This document shows, one piece after another, positions 46,126 through 60,258 of a stretch of 64,000 nucleotides of DNA. The notes under the pieces are model-generated. The model was not told where the DNA came from and made no database searches. It was given only the letters and a program-made list of their open reading frames with translations. This stretch comes from Macrostomum lignano (Eukaryota): NCBI GenBank assembly GCA_002269645.1, contig NIVC01000916.1, positions 186,001 to 250,000 on the forward strand, read 5' to 3'. A program made the translations under genes and the position numbers. Each line of letters opens with the position of its first letter. Positions within the stretch are counted from its first letter, which is position 1.

Positions 46126-46985
46126 GTAAGTTTATTATTCAATTAATTCAAACTTATTTGTTTCCACCTAATAATATTTAGCTTGCTTGCTAATAGTAAA
46201 TTTATTATTGTATAATAATTTTTTTAAACATTTTTCACTAAATTGCTTTACAGGATTAAATTTTGCATTATAAGATCTTAGAGATTTAGTATATTGTGAT
46301 TGAGTGTGAGTAATATTAGGCCTATAGCATTATAGCAAGTGTACATAGAAAAATAGGTGGCCCTATAATGTATTTTTATATATTTTTAAAATTTCAAAGA
46401 TTTTTTCCTTATTTTAAAAAAGTATCTTGTATATATATAAGTCAAGAAAAAACATTTTCAATATTAGTTGATTAGAAATTCTTTATAGGGCAGGTTTACC
46501 ATAGTCAGAAAGGTGCCCTGTATGCCTGAATTTTCTGGCATGCATTAGCCCTTCATAGTTCATTAGTGTATGGGGAAATCCAAAAATCGGGGGCAAGTTT
46601 TATAAAATTTGTTTTTTGGCAATTTGAAAGCAATAAAGCTATAAAATAAAATTATTCAAGTTTTTAAAAAGTAAAAAAGTCTATTAAAGCACAAATTATT
46701 TTCGTATAGCTTTATTTTTAATAAAATGATTTGTTAAAATGGTAAGTTTAATTACAACCTAAAATGAGTCTAATGAAAATGATAGAAAAGCTATAATAAT
46801 GTATTTTATTAACTTTAACTATCTTATAATGTTACACTTTATTATTCTACAACATTATTAACATTATTTTCAAGGGTTTATTTGTTTATCACTTTCGTTA
46901 CTCTTGACAACGTGTATTTTGTAGAGTTTGTTTGCAATAAATTGTATTTAACGTAAGTTTATTATTTAAACATACAAATTCCCGT

Positions 46986-47855
46986 AAGGATTGGAAAATT
47001 GCATTTTACTCAGCTTCTACTGAAGCGATTTGGAAAATTCTTTTTTTCCTGCATACACGCCGCAATGATACATGTTTTAGTGTAATTTCATTGTTCTTCG
47101 TCACTTAATAAGCATACAGTAAGCATCTGATTTGGAAGCCGAGTAACACATTGGAATTCCCATAAGGATTGGAAAATTGCATTTTACTCAGCTTCTACTA
47201 AAGCAATTTGGAAAATTCTTTTTTTCCTGCATACACGCCACAATGATATATGTTTTAGTGTAATTTCATTGTTCTTCGTCACTTAATAGCATACAGTAAG
47301 CATCTGATTTGGAAGCCGGGTAACACATTGGAATTCCCATAAGGATTGGAAAATTGCATTTTACTCAGCTTCTACTAAAGCGATTTGGAAAATTCTTTTT
47401 TTACTGGATACACGCTGCAATGATACATGTTTTAGTGTAATTTCATTATTCTTCGTCGCTTAATAAGCATACAGTAAGCATCTGATTTGGAAGCAGGGTA
47501 ACACATTGGAATTTCCACAAGGATTGGAAAATTGCATTTTACTCAGCTTCTACTAAAGCGATTTGGAAAATTCTTTTTTTCCTGCATACACGCCGCAATG
47601 ATACATGTTTTAGTGTAATTTCATTGTTCTTTGTCACTTAATAAGCATACAGTAAGCATCTGATTTGGAAGCCGGGTAACACATTGGAATTCCCATAAGG
47701 ATTGGAAAATTGCATTTTACTCAGCTTCTACTAAAGCAATTTGGAAAATTCCTTTTTTCCTGCATACACGCCACGATGATACATGTTTTAGTGTAATTTC
47801 ATTGTTCTTCATCGCTTAATGAGCATACAGTAAGCATCTGATTAGGATACCGGGT
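46986..47855. repeat. 178-bp AT-rich tandem repeat, ~4.9 copies (GGA intron 1)
   Basis: AAGGATTGGAAAATTGC recurs at 46986, 47164, 47341, 47519 and 47697. Confidence 0.95.
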
Positions 47856-49999
47856 TCACATTTTGTGGTACCATTTTTTACCCAAAATTTTTAAGTCTAA
47901 ATATAGGCATATTACAAATACTAATACTATGCAAGTTGATATTTAAATGAAAGAAAACAACTTAAAGATTATTTTGCAACAAGGAATTAGCGATATATTT
48001 ACTTTTAGAGAAAGATGTTTGCTGGCAAACTTTGCACTTTATATTAGTATGAATTTTTGCGAGTTTATATGGTTTTAGAAAAACTTTGAAATCCTTAGAA
48101 ATACTTCATCTTTTTGAATTGAATAAAAAGTAAAACATAGATTACTTTCTGTTTTGTAAGTAGTAAAAAAATTAGCCTTCTCTAAGGCCTACAAGTCTTA
48201 AAATTAATTGTTTAATAATGAAAAAAAGTAAAACAAAAAATTGCAAATTGGTCAACTCGGACTTTCAAAATACTTTTTTGTGGTTTTTTCTTATTTATTC
48301 AACAATATAAAGCATGAAAACAATAGTTTTTATCCAGAACTATTTTCTAAAGACCTATCTATCTTTCAAAAAACCTTTTTTAGATATATTACTTTCTATC
48401 GAATGTCCGCAGATTTGTTTTACTGTTTTATCTTATGTTTTTGGATTTCGCCGTATATATTTAGCATGCTTGAACCCCATATTGTGGAAGGTTTTCTATG
48501 TACGCTGGACACATTTTAATTGAATTTTCAACTGTACACCAACAAATTTTAAATGTATGCCAACTTAAAAAATAGTAAAAAAATTGAAAAATATTTAAAT
48601 TTAAATTTAAATTACAAAAAATTGATAATGACATGACAATTGTTATGACAATTCTGGTAATTAAAATGATTAGTAAATGAGAAAATAGTAGCAAAAAAAG
48701 GTTTTTGAGATAACTTTACATAGAAAATGTACAAAAAATTATTTATATTAATTTGTACGCCAATTGTATATGCAACACTGTATATAGCCCAGAAATGTAC
48801 GTTGGTATACACTACAAAACTCAAGTTTTCCAGAATTTTCCGGCATACACCCCTCCTTCTGCAATATGGCTTGAACCTTATAGTTATATTTGGCATACAA
48901 AAAGTAAGGGCCTGTTATAAGAAGCAACTTGAAAATAGATGCAAGTCCTTCTAGATTCTATAACAAAAGTCAAACATTTCAAAGAAAGAGATATATAGTT
49001 AAAAAGTGAAAAAACTACAAATAAAAAATAAAAAAATTAACTGAACATGATCATGCCATTCAAAAAAATTAGGTATTAGAACTTTATGTAATTGCAAGTT
49101 TTTAAAGGAGTAATAACTAGGACACTTATTTTGTTATAATTTAAATATAAATGTTGAGCATAACAGTAGAAAAGGTCTTTTTTGTTATAGTACAAAAGTA
49201 AAGTTGCATAATTTTGAAATTTTGGCATATATGACAAAATCATATTTCTTTTTGAGGTAGGCCTCTTTCTTTTTACACAATTATTCTACAAAAACTATTA
49301 TTTTCAAATCTGCATAAATCTAAGAAAAATGCTTTTTTGTTATACTGTACACTTTTTCCAAAATATTGTGCAAGCGCTTAATGCTACTAATAGTAATAAT
49401 AATAGTTTTTGTAAATAAATTTGTCAATAATAATTTCGAGTTTAATCACTCAAGAATAATATTCACATATTATTTGTTTTAATCTTCTAACGTTTAATAA
49501 TAATATTCATGTAAAATTTGTATGTATTTTTAATCTGAAAACTAATTTTAGCCCTATTTGTTTTAATACTGCATATATCAAAATTAATATTGATCAAGTC
49601 TTAAAATAGTATAAATAGACGGGATCTGGCCAGAGAGCCACCAACTTGGCTGATTGCCTGTTCTTGCTACTGTAAATTAGTCTCAAGTCTTGCTACTTGT
49701 TGAGCTTTAAACTGTTACTTAGAAATCTTTTCAAGACTTAGTAAATTTTTCGATTTGAAGAGTGAAGTGGAAGTTAATCATACCACAGATACTATTGATA
49801 CGCAGAATACCAAGGAGATTCAAGTGAAACAAAGTAGATCTCAAGAATACATATGCAGTATTAAGAAGGCTGTGACCCTCTAATCTCGGGAACGCCTAAA
49901 GGACTGGACTAGACGATCAGATACTTAAATAACTGCAAAAGAATTACAAGGAAGATCATTCTGAGAAATACATTCCAGGCCAATAGTAGACCACTCAGC

Positions 50000-50310
50000 A
50001 TATACTAAAAATGCTACCAATACATATACTAAAAATGCTACCAATACATATACTAAGAATGCTACCAATACATATACTAAGAATGCTACCAATACATATA
50101 CTAAGAACGCTACCAATACATATACTAAGAATGCTACCAATACATATACTAAGAATGCTACCAATACATATACTAAGAATGCTACCAATACATATACTAA
50201 GAATGCTACCAATACATATACTAAGAATGCTACCAATACATATACTAAGAATGCTACCAATACATATACTAAGAATGCTACCAATACATATATTAAGAAC
50301 GCTACCAATA
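50000..50310. repeat. 24-bp minisatellite (CATATACTAAGAATGCTACCAATA)
   Basis: About 13 copies. Confidence 0.96.
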
Positions 50311-51589
50311 GAAGTAGATACTTAGACTAATCCTTAGACATATACCTAGACTTATTCTTAGACTTATACTTAGACTGATACTTATAGACTTATACTTAGA
50401 CCTATTCTAAGAAACATTTCTCAGATTATTCTAATATTGATAAACTCATAATTTATTAATCAAATAATCTTGGTGGTTGCTACCAACCTAAGAAGAACAC
50501 TTAAGAGATTAGTAAATTAGCCCTGTGACAGCTTTTGGTGACAGTGTGAAATTATTATTAGAGACAGAAGTAACCCCTAGGACAACTTTGGTAGCAGCTC
50601 ATAAGATAAGTGACTAGGCAAAGGCTAACAATAAGGAAGACAGAGTGAGCATAGGCCTAGCACAATATTTTGACAATATAATTATTTGTTTAAAATGATA
50701 CAAAAATATAGTATTAATAGAAGTGAGTTTTGGTAGTTGAATATCAACTCACCTCCCGCAGTTCAAGCAATATAATACAGTTAAGAAGTTGAAAGGAGTA
50801 TTCTAAGCAAATATAAATGAAGTTGTTTTCCAAGTTATTCATTTGCAGAAGAGAAGTGAAATGGTAGAGAGCATATACAGTACATACTACTGAGAAATAG
50901 AAGTAGTAGAAAGAGACAAAGTAGATCCTAGCAGTACATAGAAAACTACAGAGGCTATGACCCTCTGATCTTGGTAACACCCAGGATTGGAATACAGAAA
51001 GTACATATAACAGTAGACCAGTATACCACTCAGGCCAAATTACTAGTGAAGGCAACTAGAATGACAGTAAACTCTACTAGAATAACACAAGAATGATACT
51101 TGTAAGGGCTAAATAGTATTCTAATAATAATTCACAAACCAAATACTCAGACTTATGCTAAGATAAAGTACTCAGATATATACTCAGATTAATTCTAAGA
51201 AACATTCTCAGACTTAATGTAGGAAAAATAATTTAATAATAGAATAGTCTTGGTGGCAGCTACCAATATTAGAATAATTTGTAGAGAACAAGGACAAAAT
51301 TTGCCTTGTTATAACTTTTGTAGCATTTTATGAGAGCATTCATAAAGATAGAACAGTACCCCTTTGACATTTTTGGTGTACTTTGCATATACCTATACCT
51401 AATCTTTTGTCCAAAACTCTAGTGTACACTGCACACCCTGATAGTGGCAGGTTTATAGGTTTCTAATTCATTTTTTCTATTTGTTTGTCTACTAAACAGA
51501 CAAAAAGTTTATTTAAAAACTATCTGCTAGGAAATTGGGGTTGAGAATGGAGTGAGTGGGATAAAATAGGGAGTAGGGTGGGAAGCTAC

Positions 51590-51808
51590 TTAATGTTTCT
51601 ATTAATACTGGTTAAATGCTATAGGTTAACATTTCTATTAATATTGGTTAAATGCTATAGGTTAACATTTCTATTAATATTGGTTAAATGCTATAGGTTA
51701 ACATTTCTATTAATATTGGTTAAATGCTATAGGTTAACATTTCTATTAATATTGGTTAAATGCTATAGGTTAACATTTCTATTAATATTGGTTAAATGCT
51801 ATAGGTTC
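51590..51808. repeat. 36-bp minisatellite (ATTTCTATTAATATTGGTTAAATGCTATAGGTTAAC)
   Basis: About 6 copies. Confidence 0.95.
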
Positions 51809-52729
51809 CATCACTTTAATAAACTATTATATGATGTATATATATTTTTTACAGAAAGAATAATAGGCTTGATTTCAAACCAGTGGAACTAAAACTATTG
51901 TATTAAAAAAATTTAGAAATAAAAATATCAACAAATTGTTTTTCTTATTCAACAATTCTCAGATCCAGAACATGAAATGCATGCAAATTAGGCAATAAAC
52001 AAATTCAACAATAGAAATTTAATATGGACAAATTTGGCAAAAGCTAATCTGGCAACAATCTAGGCAAGTTTAACAACAAATCTTGTTAAGTCTGATTTTT
52101 ATCAAAAACAAGGCTTTAGATATAAGCCATCTATTAGACCAACCCCTATCCCCTTTAACAGCATAATATATGATTTGAACTTAAGTATTAGATGTGCATT
52201 GTCAGTTAAGTGCACTGCAGAAAATGTACATCAGAATAGAAGTACTATCAATTGATACTACTACTGTACATGTGAATGTACATTTAGATTTCTGTGGCAA
52301 AGAGGTGCCTTAAAACTCTAGCCACTAAACTCCTGCATGACCTTTGATAGAAAAAAATTGATAGACATTGCATGTCTTTGAGAATGATTAAAATTTTCTT
52401 GGAAAGCATATTTGAATTAAAGTACAGGATAAATAATGAATAAAACAAACTTTATTGAAAAGGAATGCTAATATGCATTGTCTAATACCATTGTACCAAA
52501 AATTAATAAGATCATAGTATACAATTTTTAGTATATATACAAAACACTGTTAGGATAATAAGGGATTCCCTAAGTGTGACTTGTATTTTGCTATCTTTTT
52601 CGATTGTACTTCTTTGCTTGAATACCTGAAACAAATCTTGAATAAAAATGTCTGAAATCTATCAAATGCAAATACTTTCATTTTTTCATACTATATATAA
52701 ATACCATTTAATTTAAATAACCTTCACAG

Positions 52730-52965
52730 ACCGAGCCACTGACCCAACTAATCGAGAAATCAACTGGGACGCTGTGAACAAATTTAGTCAGCAAGTCAGC
52801 AAAGAGCTGGAAGGCCCGCAGATTGCTCTGCGCTTATTGGCTCACAAGATCCACAGCCCGCAGGAGAATGAGGCTCTCTACGCTCTGGCTGTCACCGAGG
52901 CTTGCGTGCGCAACTGCGGCCCCGTGTTTCACCAGGAGCTGGGGAAATTCCGCTTTCTTAATGAG
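52730..52965 (+). CDS. GGA: GGA exon 2 (VHS domain)
   Basis: RATDP..GPQIALRLLAHKIHSPQE..CGPVFHQELGKFRFLNE; AG/GT boundaries. Confidence 0.95.
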
Positions 52966-52995
52966 GTATGCCAGCTTACTGTTACTTGTTACATT

Positions 52996-55620
52996 GAGTG
53001 CCACTATCTCCACTGCACTGAGTGCCACTATCTCCACTGCACTGAGTGCCACTATCTCTACTGCACTGAGTGCCACTATCTCCACTGCACTGAGTGCCAC
53101 TATCTCCACTGCACTGAGTGCCACTATCTCCACTGCACTGAGTGCCACTATCTCCACTGCACTGAGTGCCACTATCTCCCTGCACTGAGTGCCATTTTCC
53201 CTACACTGAGTGCCACTATCTCCCTGCACTGAGTGCCATTTTCCCTACACTGAGTGCCACTATCTCCCCTACACTGAGTGCCACTATCTCCCCTGCACTG
53301 AGTGCCACTATCTCCCCTGCACTGAGTGCCACTATCTCCCCTACACGACTGCCATTTTCTCTACACTGAGTGCCATTTTCCCTACACTGAGTGCCATTTT
53401 CCCTACACTGAGTGCCACTATCTCCCCTACACTAAGCGCCACTATCTCCCCTACACTGAGTGCCACTATCTCCACTGCACTGAGTGCCACTATCTCCACT
53501 GCACTGAGTGCCACTATCTCCACTGCACTGAGTGCCACTATCTCCACTGCACTGAGTGCCACTATCTCCACTGCACTGAGTGCCACTATCTCCACTGCAC
53601 TGAGTGCCACTATCTCCCCTGCACTGAGTGCCACTATCTCCACTGCACTGAGTGCCACTATCTCCACTGCACTGAGTGCCACTATCTCCACTGCACTGAG
53701 TGCCACTATCTCCACTGCACTGAGTGCCACTATCTCCACTGCACTGAGTGCCACTATCTCCCCTATACTGACTGCCATTTTCCCTACACTGAGTGCCACT
53801 ATTTCCCCTACACGACTGCCATTTTCTCTACACTGAGTGCCACTATTTCCCCTACACGACTGCCATTTTCTCTACACTGAGTGCCACTATCTCCCCTGCA
53901 CTGAGTGCCACTATCTCCCCTACACGACTGCCATTTTCTCTACACTGAGTGCCATTTTCCCTACACTGAGTGCCATTTTCCCTACACTGAGTGCCACTAT
54001 CTCCCCTACACTAAGCGCCACTATCTCCCCTACACTGAGTGCCACTATCTCCACTGCACTGAGTGCCACTATCTCCACTGCACTGAGTGCCACTATCTCC
54101 ACTGCACTGAGTGCCACTATCTCCACTGCACTGAGTGCCACTATCTCCACTGCACTGAGTGCCACTATCTCCACTGCACTGAGTGCCACTATCTCCACTG
54201 CACTGAGTGCCACTATCTCCACTGCACTGAGTGCCACTATCTCCACTGCACTGAGTGCCACTATCTCCCTGCACTGAGTGCCATTTTCCCTACACTGAGT
54301 GCCACTATCTCCCTGCACTGAGTGCCATTTTCCCTACACTGAGTGCCACTATCTCCCCTACACTGAGTGCCACTATCTCCCCTGCACTGAGTGCCACTAT
54401 CTCCCCTGCACTGAGTGCCACTATCTCCCCTACACGACTGCCATTTTCTCTACACTGAGTGCCATTTTCCCTACACTGAGTGCCATTTTCCCTACACTGA
54501 GTGCCACTATCTCCCCTACACTAAGCGCCACTATCTCCCCTACACTGAGTGCCACTATCTCCACTGCACTGAGTGCCACTATCTCCACTGCACTGAGTGC
54601 CACTATCTCCACTGCACTGAGTGCCACTATCTCCACTGCACTGAGTGCCACTATCTCCACTGCACTGAGTGCCACTATCTCCACTGCACTGAGTGCCACT
54701 ATCTCCCCTATACTGACTGCCATTTTCCCTACACTGAGTGCCACTATTTCCCCTACACGACTGCCATTTTCTCTACACTGAGTGCCACTATTTCCCCTAC
54801 ACGACTGCCATTTTCTCTACACTGAGTGCCACTATCACCCCTACACTAAGCGCCACTATCTCCCCTACACTGAGTGCCACTATCTCCCCTACACTAAGTG
54901 CCACTATCTCCCCTACACTAAGCGCCACTATCTCCCCTACACTGAGTGCCACTATCTCCCCTACACTGAGTGCCACTATCTCCCCTATACTGACTGCCAT
55001 TTTCCCTACACCGAGTGCCACTATCTCCACTACGTTGAGTGCCACTATCTCCCCTGCACTGAGTGCCACTATCTCCCCTGCACTGAGTGCCACTATCTCC
55101 CCTGCACTGAGTGCCACTATCTCCCCTGCACTGAGTGCCACTATCTCCACTACGTTGAGTGCCACTATCTCCCCTGCACTGAGTGCCACTATCTCCACTG
55201 CACTGAGTGCCACTATCTCCACTGCACTGAGTGCCACTATCTCCCCTGCACTGTCCGCCATTTTCCCTACACCGAGTGCCACTATCTCCACTACGTTGAG
55301 TGCCACTATCTCCCCTGCACTGAGTGCCACTATCTCCCCTGCACTGAGTGCCACTATCTCCCCTGCACTGAGTGCCACTATCTCCCCTGCACTGAGTGCC
55401 ACTATCTCCACTACGTTGAGTGCCACTATCTCCCCTGCACTGAGTGCCACTATCTCCACTGCACTGAGTGCCACTATCTCCACTGCACTGAGTGCCACTA
55501 TCTCCACTGCACTGAGTGCCACTATCTCCACTGCTCTGAGTGCCACTATCTCCACTGCACTGAGTGCCACTATCTCCTCTACACTGACTGCCATTTTCCC
55601 TACACTGAGTGCCACTATCT
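52996..55620. repeat. 24-bp minisatellite (ACTGAGTGCCACTATCTCCACTGC, with 21-bp variants) filling GGA intron 2; 1089-bp internal duplication
   Basis: Tandem array; identical spurious ORFs start at 53166 and 54255. Confidence 0.97.
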
Positions 55621-55651
55621 GACCCGCCCGTCTCTCAACCGCCCCTCCCAG

Positions 55652-55932
55652 ATCATCAAGATCCTGTCCCCGAAGTACCTGGGCGCCACGTCCAGCGAGG
55701 CGGTGAAGAAGCGCTGCATCGAGTGCCTCTACGGCTGGTCCCGCGGCCTCTACACGGAGCCGAAGATTCGCGAGGCCTACGACATGCTGAAGAAGCAGGG
55801 CATCATCTCCAGGGACCCGGTGTACATCGACCAGACTCTGCGCTCAAATCCCTATCTACCGTTGAAGCGCGAGAAGGACACTGCTATATTTAACGACGAG
55901 AAAACTGCTCAAGAGATTAGCAGGCTGCTCAA
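55652..55932 (+). CDS. GGA: GGA exon 3 (end of VHS, start of GAT)
   Basis: IIKILSPKYLG...EAYDMLKKQGI...IFNDEK..ISRLL; phase-2 donor AA|GTGAGT. Confidence 0.95.
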
Positions 55933-55999
55933 GTGAGTAACTGTTGCTTTTTTAGCTTAGTGAGATTTTAAAACTAAATTGAAAAGGGAAAAAGATAGG

Positions 56000-56352
56000 G
56001 GGATCAGGGATGTAGAAGGAGCATCCTATTGAAGGGATCAGGGATTTAGAAGGAGCATCCTATTGAGGAGATCAGGGATTTAGAAGGAGCATCCTATTGA
56101 GGGGATCAGGGATTTAGAAGAAGCATCCTATTGAGGGGATCAGGGATTTAGAAGGAGCATCCCATTGAGGTAGGGGATCAGGGATTTAGAAGGAGCATCC
56201 TGTTGAGGGGAGGGGATCAGGGATTTAGAAGGAGCCTCCCATTGAGGTAGGGGATCAGGGATGTAGAAGGAGCATCCTATTGAGGGGATCAGGGATTTAC
56301 AATGAGCATCCTATTGAGGGGATCAGGGATTTAGAAGGAGCATCCTATTGAG
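56000..56352. repeat. ~34-bp minisatellite in GGA intron 3 (GGGATCAGGGATTTAGAAGGAGCATCCTATTGAG)
   Basis: About 10 copies. Confidence 0.95.
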
Positions 56353-56414
56353 CATCATGAAGGCACGGGTCATTCGCAGCATTATTAAAAGCCAAAGTTG
56401 CTCCACCCGGCCAG

Positions 56415-57581
56415 GTCCAAGCGGCCCGAGGACCTGATGGCCGCCAACCGGCTGATCAAATCCGCAGTGAAGCAGGACAACGAGCGCATGGACCGGCTAT
56501 CCAAGCGGCTAGGGGAGCTGGAGACGGTCCGCAACAATGCCCAACTGCTCAGCGAGATGCTCAACCACTACAGGCCTACCGAGGCTGTTCAGAGCGATGT
56601 GGAGATCATCCGCGAGCTGCACCGGACTCTGCGGGAGGCCCGGCCGAGGCTCTACAGGCTGGCCGGAGAGACGGAGAACACGGACGAGGAGTCCATGAAG
56701 GAGGTGCTGGCCGTCAACGATCTGGCCGCCGAGGTGCTCAAACGATGCACTGAGCTCATTGGCGAGGATCAGCTTAGAGAGGCGTCGGCGCCGCAGGCGC
56801 CCAGCAGCGGTTTTTCTTCGTCGGCTGCCGCTGGCTCTGCACCTGCAGCATCGGCAGCCTCGCCGAAAAGCTCCTCCAGCGGTGGCGGCGGCCTGCTGAT
56901 CGGCGACATGGCCTTCGACCCGTTCGACCCACTCAGCTACGGGCCTTCGACGTCGTCCACTGCGTCCAGCGCCGCTCCCGCGGCCGGCAGCATCCTCGAC
57001 CTGCCCGACCTTCCGCCCGCTTATTCGGCCACTCCGGCCTCGTCCGCGTTGGCCGCGACAATTTCGTCGTCGATTTTTAATACGACAGCACCTACGGCAT
57101 CAACAGCGACAGCGTCGACAGGCGGCGGCAGCAGCGGCGACATCGACCTGTTGAGCGACCTGTTCTCGTCTGCCTCGTCGGTTGCTCCACCAGTTCAGCG
57201 GGTTGGCATCGCCCCGATGGTGCCGATGAAAGGTGGCGGCGGCGGCGCCTCCGTCAAGCCGGCCGCGTCCTCCGCGGTGCCGAACCTGGCGCTGAACCCC
57301 AGCAAGCCGTCGGCTGGCACGCAGCTGCAGTCTACCAGCGGCTCCACCGGTGCCTCGGCGGCGGAGAGCGCCGTGTTCAAAGGACTGGACCAGCTCGGCA
57401 AGGACTTCCTGATGCGGCAGAGTCCCAAGAAGACGCCGGCAGCCGCTGCCGCTGCCGACTCGGCGTCGGTTGCTCTGTTGGCATCGGCAAGCAACTCGGC
57501 CGCGAAGGCTGCTGGCGCGGCGGCGCCTAACGGGAAGCCTGAAGCTGCGGCTGCTGCCGCTCCCGTCAGTGCGGTTGACAG
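56415..57581 (+). CDS. GGA: GGA exon 4 (GAT domain plus A/S-rich hinge)
   Basis: SKRPEDLMAANRLIK...LAGETENTDEESMKEVLAVNDLA; hinge contains DPF/FDP, DLL-type and LDL/IDL motifs. Confidence 0.93.
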
Positions 57582-57591
57582 GTAGATGAGG

Positions 57592-59062
57592 GGTGCCATT
57601 TCCAAGATAAGGATGCCATTTCCGAGATTTAGATGCCATTTCCTAGATTTAGATGCCATTATCTATATTTAGATGCCATTTCCGAGATTTAGATGCCATT
57701 ATCTATATTTAGATGCCATTATCTATATTTAGATGCCATTATCTATATTTAGATGCCAGTTTCGAGATTTAGATGCCATTTCCAAGATTTAGATGCCATT
57801 TCCGAGATTTAAATGATTTAGATGGAGATTTAGATGCCATTTCCGAGATTTAGATGCCATTTCCGAGATTTAGATGCCATTTCCAAGATTGGGATACCAT
57901 TTCCGAGATAGGGATGCCATTTCCCAGATAGGGATGCCATTTCCAAGATTGGGATGCCATTTCCGAGATTTAGATGCCATTTCCGAGATTTAGATGCCAT
58001 TTCCAAGATTGGGATACCATTTCCGAGATAGGGATGCCATTTCCCAGATAGGGATGCCATTTCCGAGATAGGGATGCCATTTCCGAGATTTAGATGCCAG
58101 TTTCGAGATTTAGATGCCATTTCCAAGATTTAGATGCCATTTCCGAGATTTAAATGATTTAGATGGAGATTTAGATGCCATTTCCGAGATTTAGATGCCA
58201 TTTCCGAGATTTAGATGCCATTTCCGAGATTTAGATGCCATTTCCAAGATTGGGATACCATTTCCGAGATAGGGATGCCATTTCCCAGATAGAGATGCCA
58301 TTTCCAAGATTGGGATGCCATTTCCGAGATTTAGATGCCATTTCCGAGATTTAGATGCCATTTCCAAGATTGGGATACCATTTCCGAGATAGGGATGCCA
58401 TTTCCCAGATAGGGATGCCATTTCCAAGATTGGGATGCCATTTCCGAGATTTAGATGCCATTTCCGAGATTTAGATGCCATTTCCGAGATTTAGATGCCA
58501 TTTCCAAGATTGGGATGCCATTTCCGAGATAGGGATGCCATTTCCGAGATAGGGATGCCATTTCCCAGATAGGGATGCCATTTCCAAGATAGGGATGCCA
58601 TTTCCAAGATAGGGATGCCATTTCCAAGATAAGGATGCTATTTCCAAGATAGGGATGCCATTTCCAAGATAGGGATGCCATTTCCGAGATTTAGATGCCA
58701 TTTCCTAGATTTAGATGCCATTTCCTATATTTAGATGCCAGTTCCGAGATTTAGATGCCATTTCCGAGACTTAGATGCCATTTCCGAGATTGGGATGCCA
58801 TTTCCGAGATAGGGATGCTATTTCCCAGATAGGGATGCCATTTCCAAGACAGGGATGCCATTTCCGAGATAGGGATGCCATTTCCAAGATAGAAATGTCA
58901 TTTCCTAAATTGGGATGCCATTTCCGAGATTTAGATTCCATTTTCGAGATAGGGATGCCATTTTCAAGATAGGGATGCCATTTCCAAAATAGGGATGCCA
59001 TTTCCGAGATAAGGATGCCATTTCCAAGATATTGATGCCATTTCCGAGATAAGAACGCCATT
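57592..59062. repeat. 20-bp minisatellite (GATGCCATTTCCGAGATTTA/AGG) filling GGA intron 4
   Basis: Tandem array from 10 nt after the donor to ~40 nt before the acceptor. Confidence 0.97.
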
Positions 59063-59103
59063 TCCGTCGCTCATTCGCCACTCCCCCTGCACCTCCGCCG
59101 CAG

Positions 59104-59305
59104 CCGACTCTCCAGCCTGCCCCCGGTCTCTGTGGCCTCCCTCCGGCCGCACCCGTCCTACTCGCCTCAGCCCGTCATTCAAAGCGAGCCGGCTGGCCCC
59201 GGCGCCGGTCACGTGACCGTCATGCTGCACTTCGCCGAGCCAGACTGTGCGCCTGCGCCTGGCGTTGCAGCGCTCCTGTGCGCAGTGGCTTCTACACTGG
59301 GACAG
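59104..59305 (+). CDS. GGA: GGA exon 5 (GAE/gamma-adaptin ear, N-terminal part)
   Basis: VASLRP..P...VTVMLHF...GVAALLCAVAST; phase-compatible AG/GT sites. Confidence 0.85.
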
Positions 59306-59624
59306 GTAAGGGAGACTAACGCGCTTAGCCTGTTTAATTTACTCAAAACCCTCGAATCCATTAAGGTGTTCTTGGAAACTTAAAGATGCGAAATCCTTAT
59401 GATTATGAAATCTTTATGAAACCATCACTAGCTAGTTCATATCAGAATTCGGCCTTCAAATCCCAAAGTAAGACTCGCCCTTCAGATCCCAAATCATTAC
59501 CCAGCCTTTAAATCTTAAAGTAAGACTCAGCCTGCAAACCCCAAATCATGATTGATTAGGCATTCAATTCCAAAAGGAAGATTTGGCCTTTAAATCCAAA
59601 TTCATGAATAGGCCTTCAAATCCC

Positions 59625-60258
59625 AAGTCATGATAGGCCTTCAAATCTCAAGTCATGATAGGCCTTCAAATCCCAAGTCATGATAGGCCTTCAAATCTCA
59701 AGTCATGGATAGTCCTTCAAATCTCAAGTCATGGATAGTCCTTCAAATCTCAAGTCATGGATAGGCCTTCAAATCCAAATTCATGAATAGGCCTTCAAAT
59801 CCCAAGTCATGATAGGCCTTCAAATCCCAAGTCATGATAGGCCTTCAAATCCCAAGTCATGGATAGGCCTTCAAATCCCAAGTCATGATAGGCCTTCAAA
59901 TCTCAAGTCATGGATAGTCCTTCAAATCCCAAGTCATGATAGGCCTTCAAATCCAAATTCATGAATAGGCCTTCAAATCCAAATTCATGAATAGGCCTTC
60001 AAATCCCAAGTCATGATAGGCCTTCAAATCCCAAGTCATGATAGGCCTTCAAATCCCAAGTCATGATAGGCCTTCAAATCCCAAGTCATGATAGGCCTTC
60101 AAATCCCAAGTCATGATAGGCCTTCAAATCCCAAGTCATGATAGGCCTTCAAATCCCAAGTCATGATAGGCCTTCAAATCCCAAGTCATGATAGGCCTTC
60201 AAATCCCAAGTCATGATAGGCCTTCAAATCCCAAGTCATGATAGGCCTTCAAATCCCA
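59625..60258. repeat. 25-bp minisatellite in GGA intron 5 (GATAGGCCTTCAAATCCCAAGTCAT)
   Basis: About 25 copies. Confidence 0.96.

Noticed and set aside
52996-55620. Cys/His-rich TECHYLHC repeat read as a coding part of GGA
   Set aside because: Canonical donor (52966) and acceptor (55651) join the two halves of the VHS domain exactly; the array is intronic.
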